Shown piece by piece: positions 27,800 through 36,652 of a DNA stretch of 62,073 bases. The translations under genes and the position numbers were made by a program. This DNA is from an uncultured Salinivenus sp. (GTDB lineage Bacteria > Bacteroidota > Rhodothermia > Rhodothermales > Salinibacteraceae): contig CAZTDC010000001.1 in NCBI GenBank assembly GCA_964612165.1, positions 1-62,073 on the forward strand. The letters are read 5' to 3'. Every line of letters starts with the position of its first letter. Position 1 is the stretch's first letter. The notes beneath the pieces are model-generated. The model searched no databases and was not told where the DNA came from. It saw nothing but the letters and a program-made list of their open reading frames with translations.

Positions 27800-29491
27800 A
27801 TGAACAACGCCTACGCGAGCACCCCCGAGCCGGAAAATGAACCCGTCCTGGACTATGCGCCGGGCTCCGAAGAGCGTCGAGCCGTAAAGAAGCGCCTCCA
27901 GGAGATGCGGAATGAAACGGTAGAAATCCCCGCCTTCATCAACGGAGAGGCTGTCCACACCGGAACCACCAGCCGGGTTGCCCCCCCGCATGACCATCAG
28001 CACACTCTCGGTCGCGTCCACCAATCGGGTGCTGAGGAGGTCGATGAGGCCATCGACGCAGCCATGGAGGCGAAGGCCGAGTGGGCTGCGATGGACTTTT
28101 CAGATCGGGCAGCTGTTTTCCTCCGCGCCGCCGATCTTCTGGCCGGCCCGTATCGCGACACGATTAACGCCGCGACGATGCTGGGGCAAGGCAAAAGCAT
28201 CCACCAGGCCGAAATTGACGCGGCCTGCGAGCTTATCGATTTCCTTCGGTTCAACGTCCACTTTGCGGAGAAAATCTATCGCGAGCAGCCCAACGATTCG
28301 CGTGGTATATGGAATAAGATGCAGTATCGACCGCTGGAAGGATTCGTCTTGGCGGTGACCCCCTTCAATTTTACTGCAATCCAGGCCAACCTCCCAACCG
28401 CTCCGGCCCTCATGGGGAACACGGTACTGTGGAAGCCCGCCTCTCGATCGATCTACTCGGCCTACTTTACCTATAAGATTCTCGAAGAGGCCGGCCTCCC
28501 CCCCGGTGTGATTAACATGCTGCCGGCCGATGACGGCGCCGCCGTGGGCGAGCCCGCACTGGAGTCTGAGCACTTTGCCGGCCTCCACTTCACTGGCTCA
28601 CAGCAGACGTTCAATCACCTCTGGTCCAGCATCGGCGAAAATCTGGATCAGTACAACACCTATCCAACCATCGTGGGCGAAACCGGCGGCAAGGACTTCA
28701 TTGTCGCCCACCCCTCCGCAAACGTCGACCAGCTCTCTGCGGCCATCGTCCGCGGAGCCTATGAGTATCAGGGACAGAAGTGCTCAGCTTCCTCCCGCCT
28801 CTACATCCCGGAGTCGCTTTGGCCGGAGGTTCAGGACAAAGTCGGACGTCAACTCGACGAGGTAAGCGTGGGCCCCCCGGAGGACTTCACCAACTACGTC
28901 AACGCTGTCATCGACGAGCGAGCCTTCGACAAGATCGTGAGCTACATCGAACACGCCCGTGAAGACGAAGACGCCGAGATCGTATACGGCGGTGAGTACG
29001 ACAAATCGACCGGCTACTTTATCGAGCCGACACTGATCCGCGCACACGACCCGAAGCAGAAGTCGATGTGCGAAGAAATCTTCGGTCCGGTCACAACGGT
29101 CTACGTGTATCCAGACGAGGAGTACGCGTCGACTCTGACGCTCGTGGACGACACGTCCCCCTACGGCCTCACCGGTTCGATCTTCGCCTCGGATCGAGCG
29201 GCCATCAAGCTGGCCAGCGACGTTTTAGAGCAGGCTGCTGGCAACTTTTACGTCAACGACAAGCCCACTGGTGCCGTCGTGGGCCAGCAACCCTTCGGGG
29301 GCGCACGCCGATCGGGAACCAACGACAAGGCCGGGTCAGCCTTCAACCTGCAGCGTTGGATTTCTCCGCGAGCAATCAAGGAGAACTTCGATCCGCCTAC
29401 ACACTATGGGTACGCCTGGAACGCTCCTGACGCCGCCGACGAACCAGCTGTCTTGACGAGCGAGGCAGGCGATGGGTCCGTCGCTACGTAA
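27800..29491 (+). CDS. pruA: Delta-1-pyrroline-5-carboxylate dehydrogenase
   Basis: NEPVLDYAPGS, TPFNF, FTGS, GETGGK, YQGQKCSA, EEIFGP, GGARRSGTNDKAG. Confidence 0.95.
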   Translation: MNNAYASTPEPENEPVLDYAPGSEERRAVKKRLQEMRNETVEIPAFINGEAVHTGTTSRVAPPHDHQHTLGRVHQSGAEEVDEAIDAAMEAKAEWAAMDFSDRAAVFLRAADLLAGPYRDTINAATMLGQGKSIHQAEIDAACELIDFLRFNVHFAEKIYREQPNDSRGIWNKMQYRPLEGFVLAVTPFNFTAIQANLPTAPALMGNTVLWKPASRSIYSAYFTYKILEEAGLPPGVINMLPADDGAAVGEPALESEHFAGLHFTGSQQTFNHLWSSIGENLDQYNTYPTIVGETGGKDFIVAHPSANVDQLSAAIVRGAYEYQGQKCSASSRLYIPESLWPEVQDKVGRQLDEVSVGPPEDFTNYVNAVIDERAFDKIVSYIEHAREDEDAEIVYGGEYDKSTGYFIEPTLIRAHDPKQKSMCEEIFGPVTTVYVYPDEEYASTLTLVDDTSPYGLTGSIFASDRAAIKLASDVLEQAAGNFYVNDKPTGAVVGQQPFGGARRSGTNDKAGSAFNLQRWISPRAIKENFDPPTHYGYAWNAPDAADEPAVLTSEAGDGSVAT

Positions 29492-29647
29492 GCAATTGCG
29501 GCAACATAGAGGGGTCTCCAGAAGGTAGGGACAACCGGAGTCAGGTTGTCCCTACTCTTTTGGGATCGTCGAGAGTCTCAAAGTAGCGGCCCCCCCGTCC
29601 TTGTTCGGAGTAACTGCGGACGTCCTTTTATAGGAGCCCCGATTTTC

Positions 29648-30124
29648 GTGCAAACGGTATTTAAGAGCCGAAATCATCCTGACGGACGCCCAAGGGGTTT
29701 CGTCTACACGGAGGCTCTCGTTCGGCCGATTGGGGCATGTACGACTCCGCTCATGATCGGCGCCACGGCGGCCGCCCTTCAGGGACAGCCCATCTGGGGC
29801 TATCTCGTCTGGGGTTTCCCTACTGCCCTCGTCATCGCTTCTCTGTGGACACACTTTCGTCTATCGAGCACCGCCGCCGAGTTGCATCTTCGATCCAGTC
29901 AGATAGCGATCCAAAGTGTGCAAGACGTACTGCTTGACCGATCTCCAACCTGGCATCCGCTCCATAACGTACGGGTCGGCCCCGAGTACACAGAGGTTTC
30001 CGTCGGATGGAGCACTCAGATCTGCCGACGGCAAGACTGGCCGGAATACGAACGGCTTCGCAACGCCGCACAGGAAGCGTTCTATCCCCGCCAGTCCTCT
30101 ACCGGCTCTCCCTCCACCGGTTGA
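29648..30124 (+). CDS. Hypothetical membrane protein (2 TM)
   Basis: Two hydrophobic segments; probable GTG start at 29648. Confidence 0.55.
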   Translation: MQTVFKSRNHPDGRPRGFVYTEALVRPIGACTTPLMIGATAAALQGQPIWGYLVWGFPTALVIASLWTHFRLSSTAAELHLRSSQIAIQSVQDVLLDRSPTWHPLHNVRVGPEYTEVSVGWSTQICRRQDWPEYERLRNAAQEAFYPRQSSTGSPSTG

Positions 30125-30249
30125 CGGGTGCGCAGGGCTGGACCTCTATTTCAAAACCCGATATCCCTTCCCTGCTTCCGTGCGGAGTGAAGGGCAGATT
30201 GATAGTAACTGTGTTTTTGGACCGTTAGTCTGTTTTGTATAAGTTATTT

Positions 30250-30261
30250 TGCAATAACGGA
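30250..30261 (-). repeat. Copy of recurrent 12-mer TCCGTTATTGCA
   Basis: Exact TGCAATAACGGA on the + strand, between convergent genes. Confidence 0.8.
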
Positions 30262-30356
30262 AACAACCCAACCACTATCTGCGGCGACCATCGCGTCTTC
30301 CAACAGTGTCCCTTGTAGGTTCTGGCTACTTGGCTTTGACGCTCATGCCCACTTCA

Positions 30357-30599
30357 CTAAGAAAAAGTGGTTTCATGGGGAACAGAGACCGCATCCATGG
30401 GCGCCCCCTCGAAGTTAGCAATCTCCATAACCTCAGCATCTGGGCGTCCCGGCGGTTCGGGATACTTATCGCCTCCATCGTCGTCTTCACCTCCAAGGAA
30501 CCCACATCCCGCTACGGTAAGCGCCAGCATCAGGAGTAGTCCGCCAAGCAAGCGGTAGGTCTGGCGAAAGCGGAACGTGGTTGGGCGTGACTCAGACAT
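30357..30599 (-). CDS. Small putative lipoprotein
   Basis: Basic N-terminus, hydrophobic core, lipobox LTVAG-C, then an acidic/Pro-rich tail. Confidence 0.6.
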   Translation of the reverse strand: MSESRPTTFRFRQTYRLLGGLLLMLALTVAGCGFLGGEDDDGGDKYPEPPGRPDAEVMEIANFEGAPMDAVSVPHETTFS

Positions 30600-30702
30600 A
30601 AATGGGTATCAACAGTTGAGAAATTGCAGTGGGTGAAAGCCTAGCCCCTTGTTCCCACAATCGATTAGTACGTGCGAAGTGTGGAAGGCGTGATCCTGGA
30701 AT

Positions 30703-33700
30703 TTACTTGACGAGCACCATCTTCTGGGTTATCGTCTTCCCGTCGAAGGTTAACCGACCCAGATACACGCCACTCGACACGGTACTTCCGGCGTCATTGC
30801 CCCCATTCCACGTTGCTTCGTAGGTACCGGCTTCTTTCCGCTCGTCGACGAGGACCCGAACGCGACGCCCGAGCACGTCGAAGACTTCGAGCTTAACAGT
30901 ACCGTCTTCCGGCAACGTGTACGAGAGCGTCGTATTCTGTCGAAAGGGATTCGGATACCCCGGACGTAACTGTAACTCAGACGCCGACAGGGCCTCCTCT
31001 TTGCTCTCTACGTAGCTCTTCGTACCAACCAGAAGCGTAAACGTGGTCGTCTCAGAGGACGGCTGGATCTCCCGAGAGGGTTCCTTGTGGAGATCGTGGC
31101 TCGTCCCCGTCTTCTCGTTCACGAGTCGGAGTTCCTGATTGGCAAAAACCGCCGGGTTCTTTGCGCGGAGTTGGACCGGGTCCGTTGTTTCGGCCTGCAA
31201 GGTAAGTGGAAAGCTCTGCCCACGATCATTGCGAGGTCGAACGCTGCGTGCCAGGGATTGCTGCCGGCTCGCCTGGACCTGCTCGGCCCGCGTACGGAGA
31301 CTCAGCGCGGAAAAGCGACTGGGAGGGGCAACCCAGTCGAACGCATCAAGCCCCTCTTTGGCGTTCTCACTCCATCCCACCTGCACAGTCGATTCGGCGT
31401 CCCCTTGCTGAACTTCAAGCGTGAGGGGAGACACGTCCGAGCGCTTCTCTGTCTTCTTGGTGGACGAGGTTGTGGCTGAATATGGGACGGTAAGCTGATC
31501 GAGCCCCTGATCGTTCAGGAAATAGAACGCCTTGCCGGTGCGCGCAGACGCAAAGGTCGACACCTGCGAAAAACTCCCATCAAACGTCCAAAGCGGCTGC
31601 AGCCCTCCCCCACTTTCACTGACCACGTCGCTCCACGGCACACCGCGGTCGAAGGGATTGGAAATAATATTCCAGCCGTCGTGGACATCAATGGTCGTGG
31701 TGTTTTGCTCCGATAGCGGCACAGTCGAAACCTGCGTCTGCACCGACCAACTTGAGTCGCTGATCAGCCAGAATCCACGACCGGGTTCGAGCTGGAACGT
31801 AGACGATCCGTCAAACTGAACGAAGAAATCCGATTCTGCTCCATTGTCCCAATAAGCCTGCCAGGCCTCCCCAGACTCGCCGGAAAGGGTTTCCGCAATA
31901 GAGCGATTCACTTGACCGGGAAGCGCCACGAGCCGATAATCCTGCTTTCGCTCTCCCTGCCCGAAGGAACGGGTGACGTCGACACTCACCGTTTCCGGAT
32001 AGAGGAGGCCCCTCACGGGCTGCGTAAGATCACTGCGGGCCCCATCTGCATCGAGCGCCACGAGCTGGTAGTAGTACGCTTGTCCAGACGACACCTCAGT
32101 GTCGGTGTAACTGGTGGTTCCCGAGCCAACGCGGGCAATTCGCGCCCCTGTTGTGTCGAAGTCTGATGTTTGACCCCGATAAAGCGCATAGCCCGTCAGG
32201 TCGCTCGACGAGCTGGCAGACCAAGAGACGGTGATTTCCTCCGTGCCAACCTCCGTTTCGACGGTAGAGGGCTTGTCTGGCGGCGGGGCAGCGCTCGAAT
32301 AAGGGACGAGCCCTGCTTCTGGGGATTCGATGTCCTTACTCGTGAACACATGAAACTCACCAGGGGCAAGCGGGATCGGCGTGTCCGTCTCATCATCATT
32401 GATCTCGACCGCCGTCCCCGTGAAGTAATCGTACCAGGTACCGGCCGACGAAAAGTTGGCACTGACCGAGGTGCGATCAATTCCAAAGTTTCCAATCACA
32501 ACAGCGTCCATGCTATCGTGCTGAAGCACAAGACGGCGCCCGACATCTCCATCGCTGACCTTCATGCTCACGTCGGTCTGGAGAGAGGTGAAGACGTCGG
32601 TCTGGTTTCGGAGGTTGATAAGCGAAGACCACGTCTTGTAGAGCTTCACGCGGCCCGGACTCTGATCCGGATCCCGATACTCCCATCGAATGGGCTTCGG
32701 CGAGGTACGACCGGGTGCAGTTGAACAGGGTCCATCCTCTCCTCCCCCGTCTCTCAAACACTCGTCATCATTCCACCCGTACCCCAGCTCCCCAAACTGC
32801 CACATCATACGGGGCCCTGGCACCGTGAAGTAAAAGGCCCCCACGAGTTTCTGCCGATTGAGCGCAGTGTCGAGTTCCTTTGTCGTGTACGTGCTGTCGG
32901 ATCGACCAAATTCTTTCTTACGGCGCATGAGCCACTGTTCATCGTGGCTCTCCATGTACGCAATGAAGCTGGGCTGATCGTATCCAGAGCGGGTGCCAAA
33001 GTAGGTGTCCAACAGTCCGGACCCGAAGCCGCTCGTACCGCCGACGTATCCCATGTCGGCCTCGCTGTACGGGCGATTCATGTTGTGCCAGGTCATCATT
33101 CCCCCCGTATTGTCGGCCCGGTATCCCCCTAGCTCATTCTCGACGCTGGGATCCCCGAAGAACTCGAGAATCATGTAGGTATCAGCGTCCACCTCGTCCC
33201 AGACGTAATCCGATACCCGCTTCCACCCTTCCGTCACAGCCTCGGAATGACCGGAATCATTGATGTTTATTCCGTCATCCGCAACACACTTCGCCAGGTC
33301 AAACCGGAAGCCATCGACGTTGAATTCTTCAATCCAGTACCGATTGGCGCGATCAATGTACTTCTGGATAAACGGACTTCCCTGATCCAGCTCCCGAAAG
33401 AAGTCATCACAGAAGTTGCGGTCACGGTCCGAGCTGATGATGAACGGATTTTCGTCCAGGCTACTGTAGAGCTGGACGAGCGGAGACTGATCGGTGATGT
33501 GGTTATACACCACATCCATAATCACAGCGATGCCGCGACTGTGGGCTTCCTCGACGAACTTCTTGAAGTCCTCGGGCGGGCCATACGATTTATCGGGTGC
33601 GAGGTGCGCGTTCGGATTGTACCCCCAGCTGTTATTCCCGCCAAAATTGGACACCGGCATGAGCTCTACCGCATTCACCCCTAACCGGTCAAGGTAGTCG

Positions 33701-35016
33701 AGCGTATCCGTGAGAACGCTAAACGTGCTTTTCTTCACGAAGTCGCGGAGGAGCAACTCGTAGATGACGAGGTTCTCCCGTTCCGGAGGATCGAAGTCGG
33801 AGAACTGAAACGAGCTCTGCTGCTGTCCCGGCCGAATTACGGATACAAAGTTTTCGGTCTTATCACTGGGGTAGTCCTCAAGGCCAGGATATATGTCCTC
33901 TCCGATTTCGCGATCTGCTGGCGTCCGAACCTTATGAGAGAATGGATCGGACGTGCGAATCTCTCCATCCACAAAATACTGTAAGTCGTACTGTCGGTTT
34001 GTGCCAAGCCCGTCAAGGGTGATCCACCAGCGATCAGGGTCCTCCTGATCGCGCTTCATGAAGTACTGATTGTCAACCTCCCAGTCTGAAAAATCCCCAA
34101 TAGCATACACAAACTCTTTCTTCGGGGCGTAGAGCGAAAGGGTTACTGTGGTCGGATCCGTCGGATTATAGCTGATTCCGTCCTCTGCGTACTCAGGACG
34201 TGATTCTGTGACGACATCTGGGGACCGTAGGAGAAACGTCTTGACCGTATCAACAAGGGTCGTGTCACTTGTTTTCGCCTCAGCCTCCGCGCGAAGATCA
34301 AACCGATTCGGATCTGTAAGGTCCAGATTATAGGAAAGCGAACTATCAGCGCTCGACGTCACCTGGGTGCCATCAACGTACAACCGCAATTCGGAGAAGG
34401 AATCAACATTGGCTGTATCCGCCGAAACTTCGACCGTCACCGTCGTATCGGACGCCGTTATGAACGGGTACAGTGGCGGGTTGGCGCTCGGACTGAGTAT
34501 GCTCGCCGAGACGAACGGGTCGTCACCAATACTAAGCACATCCACAAAAATATCGTTGCCCCCCTCTGCTTTCCCTTCTTTTTCCCCTTCGGCGTCGCGA
34601 AAGACCATGTTCATCGTTCGGATCTCCTCATCCGACGAGAGGGAGCAACTCGTGCTCGTTGCCTGGTAGTAGGCACGGATGTCATTGATTTCGAGCTTGT
34701 ATCGATTCTCAGTGCCCTCCACCTTTGTCAGCTTCGTATCGTCCCGATTGCCCGAGAACGATCCATCACTAGGCCAATAATTCTTCACGCACTTCCATGC
34801 CTTCGGCTCATTTTCACTTGTCGAGATGCCCGTGTGGGCATACACCTCCCCATCGTGGTCTTCCAATCCGCCCGTCCCCTCGTCCGCATTGAAAAAGAGG
34901 GTCATGGAGCGATCCGTACGGGGCGGATCGGGGGTCGTCTCCACCACCTGGCCCAAGACGGGCGTGGCACCGAAAAAGAGACAGCAGGCGACAATAGCAC
35001 ACCAAAGCCGAGACAT
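30703..35016 (-). CDS. Secreted GH13 alpha-amylase-family enzyme with CBM48-like, FN3 and T9SS C-terminal domains
   Basis: VIYELLLRDF, WGYNP, MDVVYNH, GFRFDLAK (nucleophile), ILEF (acid/base), ESHDE; FN3 (VSW...YYYQL); YPNPF...SGVYLGRL. Confidence 0.92.
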   Translation of the reverse strand: MSRLWCAIVACCLFFGATPVLGQVVETTPDPPRTDRSMTLFFNADEGTGGLEDHDGEVYAHTGISTSENEPKAWKCVKNYWPSDGSFSGNRDDTKLTKVEGTENRYKLEINDIRAYYQATSTSCSLSSDEEIRTMNMVFRDAEGEKEGKAEGGNDIFVDVLSIGDDPFVSASILSPSANPPLYPFITASDTTVTVEVSADTANVDSFSELRLYVDGTQVTSSADSSLSYNLDLTDPNRFDLRAEAEAKTSDTTLVDTVKTFLLRSPDVVTESRPEYAEDGISYNPTDPTTVTLSLYAPKKEFVYAIGDFSDWEVDNQYFMKRDQEDPDRWWITLDGLGTNRQYDLQYFVDGEIRTSDPFSHKVRTPADREIGEDIYPGLEDYPSDKTENFVSVIRPGQQQSSFQFSDFDPPERENLVIYELLLRDFVKKSTFSVLTDTLDYLDRLGVNAVELMPVSNFGGNNSWGYNPNAHLAPDKSYGPPEDFKKFVEEAHSRGIAVIMDVVYNHITDQSPLVQLYSSLDENPFIISSDRDRNFCDDFFRELDQGSPFIQKYIDRANRYWIEEFNVDGFRFDLAKCVADDGININDSGHSEAVTEGWKRVSDYVWDEVDADTYMILEFFGDPSVENELGGYRADNTGGMMTWHNMNRPYSEADMGYVGGTSGFGSGLLDTYFGTRSGYDQPSFIAYMESHDEQWLMRRKKEFGRSDSTYTTKELDTALNRQKLVGAFYFTVPGPRMMWQFGELGYGWNDDECLRDGGGEDGPCSTAPGRTSPKPIRWEYRDPDQSPGRVKLYKTWSSLINLRNQTDVFTSLQTDVSMKVSDGDVGRRLVLQHDSMDAVVIGNFGIDRTSVSANFSSAGTWYDYFTGTAVEINDDETDTPIPLAPGEFHVFTSKDIESPEAGLVPYSSAAPPPDKPSTVETEVGTEEITVSWSASSSSDLTGYALYRGQTSDFDTTGARIARVGSGTTSYTDTEVSSGQAYYYQLVALDADGARSDLTQPVRGLLYPETVSVDVTRSFGQGERKQDYRLVALPGQVNRSIAETLSGESGEAWQAYWDNGAESDFFVQFDGSSTFQLEPGRGFWLISDSSWSVQTQVSTVPLSEQNTTTIDVHDGWNIISNPFDRGVPWSDVVSESGGGLQPLWTFDGSFSQVSTFASARTGKAFYFLNDQGLDQLTVPYSATTSSTKKTEKRSDVSPLTLEVQQGDAESTVQVGWSENAKEGLDAFDWVAPPSRFSALSLRTRAEQVQASRQQSLARSVRPRNDRGQSFPLTLQAETTDPVQLRAKNPAVFANQELRLVNEKTGTSHDLHKEPSREIQPSSETTTFTLLVGTKSYVESKEEALSASELQLRPGYPNPFRQNTTLSYTLPEDGTVKLEVFDVLGRRVRVLVDERKEAGTYEATWNGGNDAGSTVSSGVYLGRLTFDGKTITQKMVLVK

Positions 35017-35070
35017 GGGAGAATGAAAGCCAGAAAATCATTAGAAGCGACAGGAAATTCTCCCAGAGTA

Positions 35071-35110
35071 CAAAAGCGCACCGGTCGGTTTCATGACCGG
35101 TGCGCTTTTG
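35071..35110. terminator. Bidirectional intrinsic terminator inside the PUL
   Basis: 16-bp perfect arms CAAAAGCGCACCGGTC/GACCGGTGCGCTTTTG with an 8-nt loop. Confidence 0.85.
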
Positions 35111-35141
35111 CGTGGGATAAACAAGAAATCAAGCCGAGTAG

Positions 35142-36512
35142 TTACCAGAGGCTATTGGAACCACCTCCACTTGCCTTCTCGAGCCTGATGTCATCAATCA
35201 TGATGTCGGGATCATTTCCTCTCGCTTCAAACCCAACATTGTTCAGTCCCGGATCCTGGAGGGCATCAATCGAGTCGGCCGAAGCAGCACCGAGCGAGTC
35301 GACTCGAACGGTTACCTTACCCCAGGACCCCTCAGGAACAGGGACCTGAATGCCATTGCCAAAGGTAAACTGGCCGGCCCCTTCGGCGGTCTCAAGGAAA
35401 ACGTAAATGGAATCACTGGATGTGCCTTGAGCCAGGAAGGACACGACATCCTCTCCGTCGAAGTCCACCGTCATCCTATCGTAGTTGTAACCGAAGCATC
35501 CTCCGCCAGTAACCGTCCGGGCGACAAATCCGTCGCTCTCTTCAGCTACCGACTGGGTGGTGCTAAAGGTTGGCGGACAGAACGGCGGCCCATAGGCGAG
35601 GGTGGTCGTCTCAAAATCATTCACCTCGGCCAACTTCCGATCAGCTGACTCAAAATAAAGGGCATCGAGGTGATAGACGACATCAGCATCGGCGCTGAAC
35701 GAAACGCTCGTAAACGGCCCATTGCCACCAGCTCGGCTGGCGACAGGATTGAAGTCACCAAGCTGATCGAACTTCACTGTAAACTTCCTCCATTCATCAG
35801 CGGAGTTTACAGGAAGCGTAACCGTGTGAGAGGTCGTTCCGCCTTCCTCATTGAAGGTCATCTCCAAGTTGAAGTCCGAATTGGAGTTTGGCTTTACGAG
35901 GAAGGTAAAGCGATCCGCATCGGGCGCGCTGACTCTCCGCTCGATGGTAAGACTTCCTCCGCTCGAAGCATCAACCTCAAGCGAAGCGACACCCGTTGTA
36001 TTAACGGTATCTGTCGTCGTGGAGTCCATCAATACAGAAGTATTTCCGGACGTAGAGACCGCTTGGTCTTCAAAGCCCTCAACCTCTGCGAAAGTAGAAT
36101 TATAGCTAGTAGAGATGAACTCAGGGGAGATTGTTGCGGCGAGGGAATCGGTCACTTCGGTGTCTCCGGAAGAGCCCGAAACGTTGACCGTCTCCTCGAC
36201 AATGCTTCCGACTGAGTTATCGTAGTAAGCATCATAGGTTTGCGAGCCATCCCCTTCGCTTGCAACCTCAACCGTCAGATCTCCGGTGGCAGAAGCAGAC
36301 GGAGCCCCATCGAGACCCGTGTAGTTTACCGTGAACTGTGCAGTGTCGCTTGTGCTCGCCCCACCGGCAACCGTGAGTTCAAGCTGGTCCTTATCTACGC
36401 TGATAGCGGGGTCATTCCCACCGCCTCCATTGTCGCCCCCTCCGCTGTCACACCCAGCTAGAAGGAAGAGACCGAAAACAAGTGATAAAGAAAATGTGGC
36501 AATACGACGCAT
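35142..36512 (-). CDS. Surface lipoprotein, putative glycan-binding protein (SusE/F-like position)
   Basis: Lipobox LLAG-C, Gly linker, beta-rich domains ending LDALYF and IDDIRL; directly downstream of susD. Confidence 0.7.
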   Translation of the reverse strand: MRRIATFSLSLVFGLFLLAGCDSGGGDNGGGGNDPAISVDKDQLELTVAGGASTSDTAQFTVNYTGLDGAPSASATGDLTVEVASEGDGSQTYDAYYDNSVGSIVEETVNVSGSSGDTEVTDSLAATISPEFISTSYNSTFAEVEGFEDQAVSTSGNTSVLMDSTTTDTVNTTGVASLEVDASSGGSLTIERRVSAPDADRFTFLVKPNSNSDFNLEMTFNEEGGTTSHTVTLPVNSADEWRKFTVKFDQLGDFNPVASRAGGNGPFTSVSFSADADVVYHLDALYFESADRKLAEVNDFETTTLAYGPPFCPPTFSTTQSVAEESDGFVARTVTGGGCFGYNYDRMTVDFDGEDVVSFLAQGTSSDSIYVFLETAEGAGQFTFGNGIQVPVPEGSWGKVTVRVDSLGAASADSIDALQDPGLNNVGFEARGNDPDIMIDDIRLEKASGGGSNSLW

Positions 36513-36652
36513 GACTAAGGTGTATAATTATTAGCAAGAAAACTCTGTAAGAGGAAATTGCTCAGGAGGGAGTGCCCCGCCCAAGCATCAGAGGAGAAAA
36601 AGCTCCCCCAATCCTACCTTCATAACAACCTGATGCTCATTGAGACGCTTGC

